From NCBI GenBank assembly GCA_950097015.1, contig CATNEN010000011.1, forward strand, positions 2,480,001 through 2,544,000: DNA of 64,000 nt, in the 5' to 3' direction. A program made the translations under genes and the position numbers. The notes beneath the pieces were generated by a model that was not told the DNA's origin, did not search any database, and saw only the letters and a list, made by a program, of their open reading frames with translations. The number at the start of each line of letters is the position of its first letter. The first letter of the stretch is position 1. This DNA is from Macrostomum hystrix. Its lineage: Eukaryota > Animalia > Platyhelminthes. This document shows, one piece after another, positions 50,801-60,954 of this stretch.

Positions 50801-52230
50801 GTAACTCTTCAGATCCTTCAGCTTCAGGTAATTCTTCAGATCCTTCAGCTTCAGGTAGTTCTTCAGATCCTTCAGCTTCAGGTAATTCTTCAGATCCTTC
50901 AGCTTCAGGCAATTCTTCAAATCTAAGGGAGTTATAGCATAGTGGTAAGAACTTTTGTTCCACTCTTGTCTCTTTCCTTGTGCATGACACTTTATATTGA
51001 CTAAATTAAAATAAGCCATCTTATCTTCACCTTAACATTCAGGTTTCCAGATGGCAAGAAATGTTCAGAAAGTACTTCTACAAGTGACCAAGACTCGCTT
51101 GTGGCCTGCGACCAGCCGCTTGGCCCGCTCAGCCGCAAGCTGGGGCTTCAAGCCGTGTTGCCAGAGTCAGAGGGCGGCAAGCCTAGCAAATCTCTATTCC
51201 GCCTATTGGCTTACAATGGCAGAACAAGCTTAGTGGAATGTCAACCGCTAACCGGTAGGACTCATCAACTGCGAGTCCATCTCCAGTACCTGGGACATCC
51301 TATTGCTAATGATCCGCTGTATAATAGCGACGTGTGGGGACCCGAGAAAGGGCGCGGTGGTCGGTAAGTTCCTATTTCTTTGGAATTATTTCCCATGTTT
51401 TCTATCTGAGGTTTCCATGTCTTCTATCTACGGTTTCCATGCCTTATCTAAGATTTCCATGTTTTATTTAAGATTTCCATGTCTTATCTAAGATTTCAAT
51501 GTCTTATCTAAGGTTTCCATACCTCATCTAAGGTTTCCATGTTTTCTATCTGAGGTTTCCATGTCTTCTATCTGAGGTTTCCATGTCTTATCTAAGATTT
51601 CCATGTCTTCTTCTATCTGAGGTTTCCATGTCTTCTATCTAAGATTTCCATGTCTTCTATCTAAGGTTTCCATGTCTTCTATCTGAGGTTTCCATGTGTT
51701 CTATCTGAGGTTTCCATGTCTGCTATCTGACGTTTCCATGTCTTCTATCTGAGGTTTCCATGTCTGCTATCTGACGTTTCCATGTCTTCTATCTGAGGTT
51801 TCCATGTCTGCTATCTGACGTTTCCTTGTCTTCGATCAACAGTTTTGGCAAGTCCAGAGACCAACTAGTCGAAGATCTCACCAAGCTGCACGACAGTGAG
51901 CAGTTTTTACTCAGTTTTCGCAATCAAGACGATGCAGAGTCTGCGACAGCAAGGATGATGAAGCGACCCAGGCTGGACCTAGATAGTGTTGGATCTACTT
52001 CATCGTTCAATCCGGAACTGTGGCTAACCGATCCTAATTGCGAGGACTGTCTACAGAATGCCAAGTCTGGCAGCATTGGCGTCGAGCGACCTAGTCGCTA
52101 CAGGGATCCCGGCTATAACGAACTTGTTCTATTTCTTCACGCCGCCAGATACCGAGGTCCGGAGTTCGATTACTGCGCCCCAATGCCAGCTTGGGCTGGT
52201 GATGATTTCGATTGTTCGAAATTTGTTTGA
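41875..52230 (+). CDS. RPUSD2: RluA-family pseudouridine synthase RPUSD2-like; exons 41875-41962 (tentative), 47714-47835, 47921-48031, 48680-48800, 49337-49616, 51043-51363, 51843-52230
   Basis: FYFENGLRK|[17 protein letters not shown]4-like [23 protein letters not shown], catalytic HRLDRMTSG and [24 protein letters not shown]. Junctions are phase-consistent. The core from ATG 47731 is well supported; the 41875 exon is less certain. Confidence 0.88.
42030..43670. repeat. 24-bp minisatellite (ctgtcagtgctgtgccttgataat)
   Basis: Tandem units with 23-bp variants; source of the ICQCCALI ORFs. Confidence 0.96.
43890..44400 (-). mobile_element. 3' remnant of a non-LTR retrotransposon (ORF2 C-terminal CCHC zinc knuckle)
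   Basis: [41 protein letters not shown] is the characteristic GHG...CxxC...H...CP LINE C-terminus. It appears frameshifted downstream and is followed by a short aagtcaagtaagtc tail. Confidence 0.7.
48206..48527 (+). mobile_element. Dispersed repeat related to the foldback element in the DPY30 intron
   Basis: gttgaaggtccagcagctc...gatgatgca...ggtgacatgctgataaa...actgaggcgcagtgc...ccagaaacattgaatatctc...aagatgcgcaacaaaa is collinear with the reverse complement of 19934-20263. Confidence 0.8.
48862..49323. repeat. 45-bp minisatellite in RPUSD2 intron
   Basis: ggctaataaactgattagttatcagatccgttagttaggcctgaa, about 10 copies, ending about 13 nt before the acceptor. Confidence 0.96.
49660..50920. 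repeat. 27-bp minisatellite (ttcttcagatccttcagcttcaggtaa) in RPUSD2 intron
   Basis: Tandem units with a ~304-bp block duplication; source of the EELPEAEGS / LKDLKNYLK ORFs. Confidence 0.95.
51400..51825. repeat. 22-bp minisatellite (gaggtttccatgtcttctatct) in RPUSD2 last intron
   Basis: Period of 22; fills the intron. Confidence 0.92.
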
Positions 52231-52539
52231 TTTATTATTCGATAATGGTTAGACAATATGATTAGGGATTTTTAAGATTAGGATAAATATTTTTTTTGGG
52301 ATTTAAAACAGGAAGCTTGAAGTCTTTGAGCAAATCTTTGACATTTTTTAATTTTTAGTTGTCAAATTAGGAAATGCTTTGAGACTGTTAGTCAATTGTT
52401 ATTAATCTTAAAAATAAAAGCCCGATTTGTATTGTTTGCTGGAAAATTCTTTCATTCTTTTTTATTAACTTTGCTTTTGCTTATCTTGGTTTTTGCTTAA
52501 CGTTTTGGGGTTTATGAGTGCATGAAGTTTTGAATGCTG

Positions 52540-52740
52540 ATGAATGCCTGAAGTTATAGGTGAAGGGTGCCTGAAGGTATGGCCGAAGAGTCCTATAAGT
52601 TATGGCTGAAAGGTGCCTGAAGATATAGCTAAAGAGCGCCTGAAATTTCGGCTAAGAGAACCTGAAGTTTTGGCTGAAGAGTGCCTGAAGTTATAGCTGA
52701 AGAGTGCCTGAAGTTTTAGCTGAAGAGTGCCTGAAGTTAT
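52540..52740. repeat. ~23-bp degenerate minisatellite (gagtgcctgaagttatagctgaa)
   Basis: Several tandem units between RPUSD2 and the RING gene. Confidence 0.75.
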
Positions 52741-52867
52741 GTGATATAGTTTATAGTTCATTGAGTTAGGCTTAATGATCGGCAATGAGTTCTAGACTAG
52801 AACAGATCTAATCTGAGTCAATTATTTTCCTATTCTCAATCAACTTGCAGCACTCAGTCAGTACAAA

Positions 52868-53672
52868 ATGAAACCAATGAAACGTGTCAGACGCGGCAGC
52901 GGCACTGGCGATGGCGCCTCCTACGAAGCCGTCTCGCCCTTACCGTCGCCCTCGCCCTCGCCCTCTTCAATGCCGCTACCTCATTCGCCGAATCAGTCAG
53001 CCTTCGCCGTCAGTTTGCAGCCTTCGCCGGCCGCGCCGCCTCCTCCGCCGCCTCCGTCGCCGCAACAATTGCGTCGATCTAAACGACTTCGAGCCAGGCC
53101 CAGCAGTCCCCGTCTAGACGTTCGGCACTACTGCTCATTGTGCGCTGAGAGTCTGGAGACTGGAGCCGACCTAGCCAGCCCGGACACCTGCTCCGGGCAC
53201 ACCTTTCACATGGCCTGCCTAACCGCCTGGTTAGAGACCCGGCCTACTCCCGTCTGTCCTATTGAAGTCTGCAGCCGGGCATTCGACAAAATCTGCGTCC
53301 GACGCCGGCCGGGCGGTCGAGTTCTTCAACGATTGTCGTCAGATCAAAGCTTCGCCTGTCCGATCTGCCGGGAGCCGCTCTCGGGCCAGTGCGCCAGTCC
53401 CGACTGCTGTCGGCACACATTCTGCCTGCCCTGCCTGCGTCGTTGGTCGCGAAATAGCGACGCCTGTCCGCTGGATAGGCGACGCTTCTCGGCCATCTGT
53501 TTGCTGCCCCGGGTTGGGTCGGATAGACTGCTGCGCCGTCTGCGGGTGGCTCCGCCAAGGCGACAGTCGCCTGAACCCGCGCCACCACCGCCGCCACAGC
53601 CTCCGCAGCAGCAGCAGCCGCTTCCTCCGCCACCGCCTCCTCCCCCGCCACCTCCGCCTCCATCAAATCAGT

Positions 53673-53703
<31 letters not shown>

Positions 53704-53932
53704 CCAGCAGTTTCTAGTTCAACAGCATCAGCAGCATCCACACGCCGCTGCTGCTGCAGCTGCTGCCGCCGCAGCCGCAGCCGCTGCGGTTTCTGCTCCT
53801 ACAGCAACAACCGAAGTTGTTGTTGATGTTCGAAATCTGCTGGATTATCTGCGACTAATGAGCATTAGCCGGTTAGCTGATGGTGATTACTATGGCTACT
53901 GCTTCTATTCTAGCCTGCTGCGGGTAATTTGA
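52868..53932 (+). CDS. Tandem RING-finger protein (probable E3 ligase) with polyP/polyQ/polyA tracts
   Basis: RING1: CSLC...CSGHTFHMAC...W...CPIEVC. RING2: CPICREPL...CRHTFCLPCLRRWSRNSDACPLDRRRF, resembling the PHRF1/SCAF11-type RING. GC-rich 354-aa ORF. Confidence 0.82.
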
Positions 53933-54044
53933 CTGGCTTCATCAAGTCAGTTGCCATGCAAGCGACTGTCCTCAGACTACATCCGAGTCCCGTTTAACGC
54001 TATGAACCTTACAGACTATGAGATGACTATGCAAGCCTAATAAA

Positions 54045-54460
54045 ATGGACTGCTAGCCTGGCCTCTTAGTGGATAAAGGGATAGAATGGATTGCTAGTCT
54101 AGCCTCTCGTGGATAAAGGGATAGAATGGATTGCTAGTCTAGCCTCTCAGTGGATAGCGGAATAAAATGGATTGCTAGTCTAGCCTCTCGGTGGATAGCG
54201 GAATAAAATGGATTGCTAGTCTAGCCTCTCAGTGGATAGCGGAATAAAATGGATTGCTAGTCTAGCCTCTAGTGGATAAAGGGATAGAATGGATTGCTAG
54301 TCTAGCCTCTCAGTGGATAAAGGGATAGAATGGACTGCTGCTGCATCGTTGCTCGTTGATGATGATGATGATGAGTCTAGCCTCTCAGTGAATAGCGGAA
54401 TAAAATGGATTGCTAGTCTAGCCTCTCGTGGATAAAGGGATAGAAGGGATTGCTAGTCTA
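54045..54460. repeat. 41-bp minisatellite (gcctctcagtggatagcggaataaaatggattgctagtcta)
   Basis: Period of 41 (54131 vs 54172). Confidence 0.9.
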
Positions 54461-56224
54461 TGCCAGCCGGCTTTAGCTCGTAAATGCTAATAGTTGGTTG
54501 TTGTTGGTAAATGTTGATTCTCTTCATTCCTGCCTTGATTTTTCTTACCTCGTTCAGCAGAACTTCCTATCCGCTTCCCACTGATTGTGTAATCCCATTT
54601 TCAAAGTCGTTTGCGTCTTCCTCTAGTGCGCATCGGCCTAAAACTAGAATAGTTTTTTGCTTGTTTCTGTTTTTAGCTATCCAGTTCTTTTTCTGATTTG
54701 CTATATGTTTTGGAGATCAGAATGATGTATCAGTGCCTAAAAAATTGTCTCACATTCTACCACTTTGTCTCCCAACCTACTTCCCATTCTTTCTCCCCCC
54801 TCTTTCTTCTTCCCATTTTCCCTTCTCCTCCGCCTTCTGTTTCTGGAAATCTCGTCCTAGTGCTTCCTTTTATTCATGTTACATTTTGTTATTTTGCCTT
54901 TCGAAAATTTTCACCAATTTAAACTGAACTTCTAACTGGACTAAAACTGAAATTGTGTGTTTTGTTTAATTTTGCTGCGGTAAAATAAATTCGTTAAACT
55001 TATTGATATTCAAATTTGCTTGTTTAAAGTGAAGTAAGTTTTGCTAGTGGCATTCCTTGTTTTTCAAAACTGCTTGTATTTTGTCACTTGTTTTGTTTTC
55101 TTTGTTTGTTTACTCTAACTGCTTCTTTACGCTCGTACTTTATATTAAAAAGCACTTTCAGCTTAGTTGTAGAAAATTTTTTGTTACTTTTAATTGTTAA
55201 ATAATTTTCCAACATCTACATAGCGCCATCGTTTTTATGTAGCACTTGTACATTCATATTTTGTGTTCTTAATAAAAGCTAATATTTATGAGGCGATTTT
55301 TTAATGTCTATCCTATTTTAAATTGGCGCCAAACTAGTTCGTTGGATATCAGTATAACAAGAGCGATATCGATTTATTAGAAAAAAACGAAAATATGGTT
55401 AAACTTTATTTTAAAAAGTACAGCTTGAGGTGAAAAAAAATTGAGTGAATTTCATTTAATTAAACTAAATAAAATTAATTTGTTATAAGTCGTTCTACTA
55501 GTTTGGCGCAATTTCAAATTGTTATTAGGAAATTTCTAATTAAAGAAGCTGCACATAAAAAATATACTTCAGTTTCTTTTATCTCGCACATCTGTCTAGC
55601 CAATCAAATATTTATTCATGGAATTATATTTATAATTTTTTAATTCTACATTTCTACTTGTATTTATCTAGAGAGAGGTATGTTCTGATATTCGCGAATT
55701 ATTGTACACATGCGCGATTCGGACTACTTAAACTTATTTTGTTAAGTAGCGCACTTTGGCCATATTCCATTTGTTTATTAAAATTCGTCAGTGAATATGA
55801 GGCGTACGGTTTTTTCGTGTTATTTATATTTCTGACCTCATTGCTTTTCACTAGAACAGTTAATATTAGATCTTGTACATGTTTTGAATTTTTGTAAATA
55901 TAACATTTTTTAAAATTGCTCGTTTTGTCATTTGGCTCTAATATTATAGAATGAGTATTTTTTAATCTGATTGAAAATTTGTGTGTTTTATAGACCTGAA
56001 TTTCATATTTAACATGTTTTGTTGCATTGAAACTATTAGGCAGAAAAATACCTCCCTTAAACATTTATATTTTTTAATCAAGATTCTCCTGAATTGTTTA
56101 TATGGCTCAATTGTATCCATTGACTTTTTCTGAATTTCAATTAGCTTTATTAATTACTTTTCGTTTTAAAGTGTTTACATGAGCCTATATAGCCGCAGAG
56201 AGAAATTTAGAGTTATTGATGAAA

Positions 56225-58090
56225 CTATAAGGGGGCGAGAAGCTAAAAGGGGTAGAAACTATGGGGTGGAGAGAAGCTAAGAGGGGTAGAAATAATGGGG
56301 GCGAGAAGCTAAAAGGGGTAGAAACTATGGGGAAGAGAAGCTAAGAGGGGTAGAAACAATGGGGGAGAGTAGCTAAGAGGGGTAGAAACAATCGGGGAGA
56401 GTAGCTAAGAGGGGTAGAAACAATCGGGGAGAGTAGCTAAGAGGGGTAGAAACAATCGGGGAGAGTAGCTAAGAGGGGTAGAAACAATCGGGGAGAGTAG
56501 CTAAGAGGGGTAGAAACAATCGGGGAGAGAAGCTAAGAGGGGTAGAAACTATGGGGAAGAGAAGCTAAGAGGGGTAGAAACAATGGGGGAGAGTAGCTAA
56601 GAGGGGTAGAAACAATCGGGGAGAGTAGCTAAGAGGGGTAGAAACAATCGGGGAGAGAAGCTAAGAGGGGTAGAAACAATGGAGGAAGAGAAGCTAAGAG
56701 GGGTAGAAACAATCGGGGAGAGTAGCTAAGAGGGGTAGAAACAATGGGGGAGAGTAGCTAAGAGGGGTAGAAACAATGGGGGAGAGTAGCTAAGAGGTCT
56801 AGAAACAATCGGGGAGAGAAGCTAAGAGGGGTAGAAACAATGGGGGAGAGTAGCTAAGAGGTCTAGAAACAATCGGGGAGAGAAGCTAAGAGGGGTAGAA
56901 ACAATGGGGGAGAGTAGCTAAGAGGGCTAGAAACAATCGGGGAGAGTAGCTAAGAGGGGTAGAAACAATGGGGGAGAGTAGCTAAGAGGGTTAGAAACAA
57001 TCGGGGAGAGTAGCTAAGAGGGGTAGAAACAATCGGGGAAGAGAAGCTAAGAGGGGTAGTGTGAAGTCGTGGGTTAATTGAAGAACAGAAGCAAACGCAT
57101 TGAGCAGGTTGCAGGACAGTCACAAGCGCAAACTCTAGCCGTGCACCTTCGATCAATATATATTGTGCCAGACAGGCATGATTCAGCAATCACACGAGAT
57201 AACAATAGGGTGGAGGATGGGTGGTTGTATAAGACACATCAAAGTAAATAACAGCGGCGGGGGTGGCGCGCGCGCACTTAAATAAACTGAACTATTACAA
57301 CAACGACAGTGACTGCACTAACAATTGACATAGCCCGACATCTCCCCCCTAGGCTAGAAACATCCCATCCTCGTCGCCACTGTGAAGTCGTGGGTTAATT
57401 GAAGAACAGAAGCAAACGCATTGAGCAGGTTGCAGGACAGTCACAAGCGCAAACTCTAGCCGTGCACCTTCGATCAATATATATTGTGCCAGACAGGCAT
57501 GATTCAGCAATCACACGAGATAACAATAGGGTGGAGGATGGGTGGTTGTATAAGACACATCAAAGTAAATAACAGCGGCGGGGGTGGCGCGCGCGCACTT
57601 AAATAAACTGAACTATTACAACAACGACAGTGACTGCACTAACAATTGACATAGCCCGACAGGTAGAAACAATCGGGGAGAGAAGCTAAGAGGGGTAGAA
57701 ACTATGGGGAAGAGTAGCTAAGAGGGGTAGAAACAATCGGGGAGAGAAGCTAAGAGGGGTAGAAACTATGGGGAAGAGAAGCTAAGAGGGGTAGAAACAA
57801 TGGGGTAGAGTAGCTAAGAGGGGTAGAAACAATGGGGGAGAGTAGCTAAGAGGGGTAGAAATAATGGGGGCGAGAAGCTAAAAGGGGTAGAAACTATGGG
57901 GAAGAGAAGCTAAGAGGGGTAGAAACAATTGGGGAGAGTAGCTAAGAGGGGTAGAAACAATGGGGGCAGAGAAGCTAAGAGGGGTAGAAATAATGGGGGC
58001 GAGAAGCTAAAAGGGGTAGAAACAATGGGGGCAGAGAAGCTAAGAGGGGTAGAAACAATGGGGCAGAGAAGCTATGAGGGCTAGAAACAA
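56225..58090. repeat. ~32-bp purine-rich minisatellite (gctaagaggggtagaaacaatcggggagagta), interrupted by a TRIM
   Basis: Tandem units on both sides of 57060-57661. Confidence 0.95.
57060..57661 (-). mobile_element. Terminal-repeat retrotransposon in miniature (TRIM): 281-bp LTRs, 40-bp interior
   Basis: Direct repeats 57060-57340 and 57381-57661 with TG...CA ends. PBS tggcgacgaggatgggat (57362-57379, minus strand) is complementary to the tRNA-Ser(GCT) 3' end as recalled. PPT aggggggaga (57341-57350). 5-bp TSD GGTAG at 57055-57059 and 57662-57666. Confidence 0.95.
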
Positions 58091-58629
58091 CAGACACGAA
58101 TATTATTGAAAGTAACTTCGTAATTTTTCAATTTATTATTAATCTAAAGTTTTTTAAATTCAATTATGACAGTAATCAACTGTCTATTGTGGTACTGCAA
58201 GTGTGTTTTTAGTTTAATTTTGTCAAATATTTCCCATTGTTTTGTTGTGTTCTTACCACGACTCGGATTCCTATGATTTTTTTATTTCTTGTAAATTTTT
58301 AATTTTTCAAGGTTAAATAGTTTTTGTCGATTTTGAATAGTTTGTTTGCTGGCATTACACTCTGCTTGTATATAATTGCTTTGCTGCAAGGATAAGCTAC
58401 AATGCTAACCTATTTGCTGTCTCTATTTTTATTATTGTACTCAAACATTTGTCAGAATCTTGACACCCATTCTTTTGACATAAAAAGAGGACAAGAAATT
58501 GTAATAAAGGTTTGAAATTGAATTCACACTTTTTTTCATTCATCAGTGTCTTTTATCTTTAGAGTTTTAACTTTAGACTGGTCGTCATTTCTGACAGAAA
58601 AAGTTAGATTTATGACACTTGAAGCCATT

Positions 58630-60830
58630 TTCAGACTAAGCGCCATCTCTGTCAGAATAAATGCCATTTCAAACAGACTAGAGGCCATTTCTGTAAGACT
58701 AGATGCCATTTCTGTAAGACTAGATGCCATTTATGTAAGACTAGATGCCATTTCTGAGACTAGATGCCATTTCTGAGACTAGATGCCATTTCTGAGACTA
58801 AATGCCATTTCTGAGACTAGATGACATTTCTGTAGGACTAGATGCCATTTCTGTAAGACTAGATGCCATTTCAAACAGACTAGATGCCATTTCAAACAGA
58901 CTAGATGCCATTTCAAACAGACTAGATGCCATTTCAAACAGACTAGATGCCATTTCAAACAGACTAGATGCCATTTCAAACAGACTAGATGTCATTTCTG
59001 TAAGACTAGATGCCATTTCAAACAGACTAGGTGCCATTTCAAACAGACTAGATGCCATTTCAAACAGACTAGATGCCATTTCAAACAGACTAGATGTCAT
59101 TTCTGTAAGACTAGATGCCATTTCAAACAGACTAGGTGCCATTTCAAACAGACTAGGTGCCATTTCAAACAGACTAGATGCCATTTCAAACAGACTAGAT
59201 GCCATTTCAAACAGACTAGATGCCATTTCAAACAGACTAGATGTCATTTCTGTAAGACTAGATGCCATTTCAAACAGACTAGATGCCATTTCAAACAGAC
59301 TAGATGCCATTTCAAACAGACTAGATGCCATTTCAAACAGACTAGATGCCATTTCAAACAGACTAGATGCTATTTCAAACAGACTAGATGTCATTTCTGT
59401 AAGACTAGATGCCATTTCAAACAGACTAGGTGCCATTTCAAACAGACTAGGTGCCATTTCAAACAGACTAGATGCCATTTCAAACAGACTAGATGACATT
59501 TCTGTAGGACTAGATGCCATTTCTGTAAGACTAGATGCCATTTCAAACAGACTAGATGCCATTTCAAACAGACTAGATGCCATTTCAAACAGACTAGATG
59601 TCATTTCTGTAAGACTAGATGCCATTTCAAACAGACTAGATGCCATTTCAAACAGACTAGATGTCATTTCTGTAAGACTAGATGCCATTTCAAACAGACT
59701 AGATGCCATTTCAAACAGACTAGATGCCATTTCAAACAGACTAGATGCCATTTCAAACAGACTAGATGCCATTTCAAACAGACTAGATGCCATTTCAAAC
59801 AGACTAGATGCCATTTCAAACAGACTAGATGCCATTTCAAACAGACTAGATGCCATTTCAAACAGACTAGATGCCATTTCAAACAGACTAGATGCCATTT
59901 CAAACAGACTAGATGCCATTTCAAACAGACTAGATGCCATTTCAAACAGACTAGATGCCATTTCAAACAGACTAGATGCCATTTCTGTAAGACTAGATGC
60001 CATTTCAAACAGACTAGATGCCATTTCAAACAGACTAGATGCCATTTCAAACAGACTAGATGTCATTTCTGTAAGACTAGATGCCATTTCAAACAGACTA
60101 GATGCCATTTCAAACAGACTAGATGCCATTTCTGTAAGACTAGATGCCATTTCAAACAGACTAGATGCCATTTCAAACAGACTAGATGCCATTTCAAACA
60201 GACTAGATGCCATTTCAAACAGACTAGATGCCATTTCAAACAGACTAGATGCCATTTCAAACAGACTAGATGCCATTTCAAACAGACTAGATGCCATTTC
60301 AAACAGACTAGATGCCATTTCAAACAGACTAGATGCCATTTCAAACAGACTAGATGCCATTTCAAACAGACTAGATGCCATTTCTGTAAGACTAGATGCC
60401 ATTTCAAACAGACTAGATGCCATTTCAAACAGACTAGATGCCATTTCAAACAGACTAGATGTCATTTCTGTAAGACTAGATGCCATTTCAAACAGACTAG
60501 ATGCCATTTCAAACAGACTAGATGCCATTTCTGTAAGACTAGATGTCATTTCTGTAAGACTAGATGACATTTCTGAGACTAAATGCCATTTCTGAGAATA
60601 GATGACATTTCTGTAAGACTAGATGCCATTTCAAACAGACTAGATGCCATTTCAAACAGACTAGATGCCATTTCAAACAGACTAGATGTCATTTCTGTAA
60701 GACTAGATGCCATTTCTGTAAGACTAGATGCCATTTCAAACAGACTAGATGCCATTTCTGAGACTAAATGCCATTTCTGAGACTAAATGCCATTTTTTTC
60801 TGAGACTAAATGCAATTTCTGAAAAGCTAG
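58630..60830. repeat. 21-bp minisatellite (agactagatgccatttcaaac)
   Basis: About 100 units; source of the 590-aa EMASSLF / DAISNRL ORFs. Confidence 0.97.
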
Positions 60831-60954
60831 ATGTCATTTCTGACGCATTCTCGTGGTGTTAAATAGATATTTCAAAGCAGATGCAAATGAAATTATATAT
60901 TGCAGCTTCGCAGCAGAACAAGGCCGTGATATATAATTGACTAAGCATCTAAGA

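Noticed and set aside
49641-51019. EELPEAEGS / LKDLKNYLK antigen-like ORFs
   Set aside because: 27-bp satellite inside a phase-consistent RPUSD2 intron, on the antisense strand.
58798-60595. 590-597-aa heptad coiled-coil-like ORFs on both strands
   Set aside because: 21-bp satellite with single-unit periodicity and no synonymous variation pattern.
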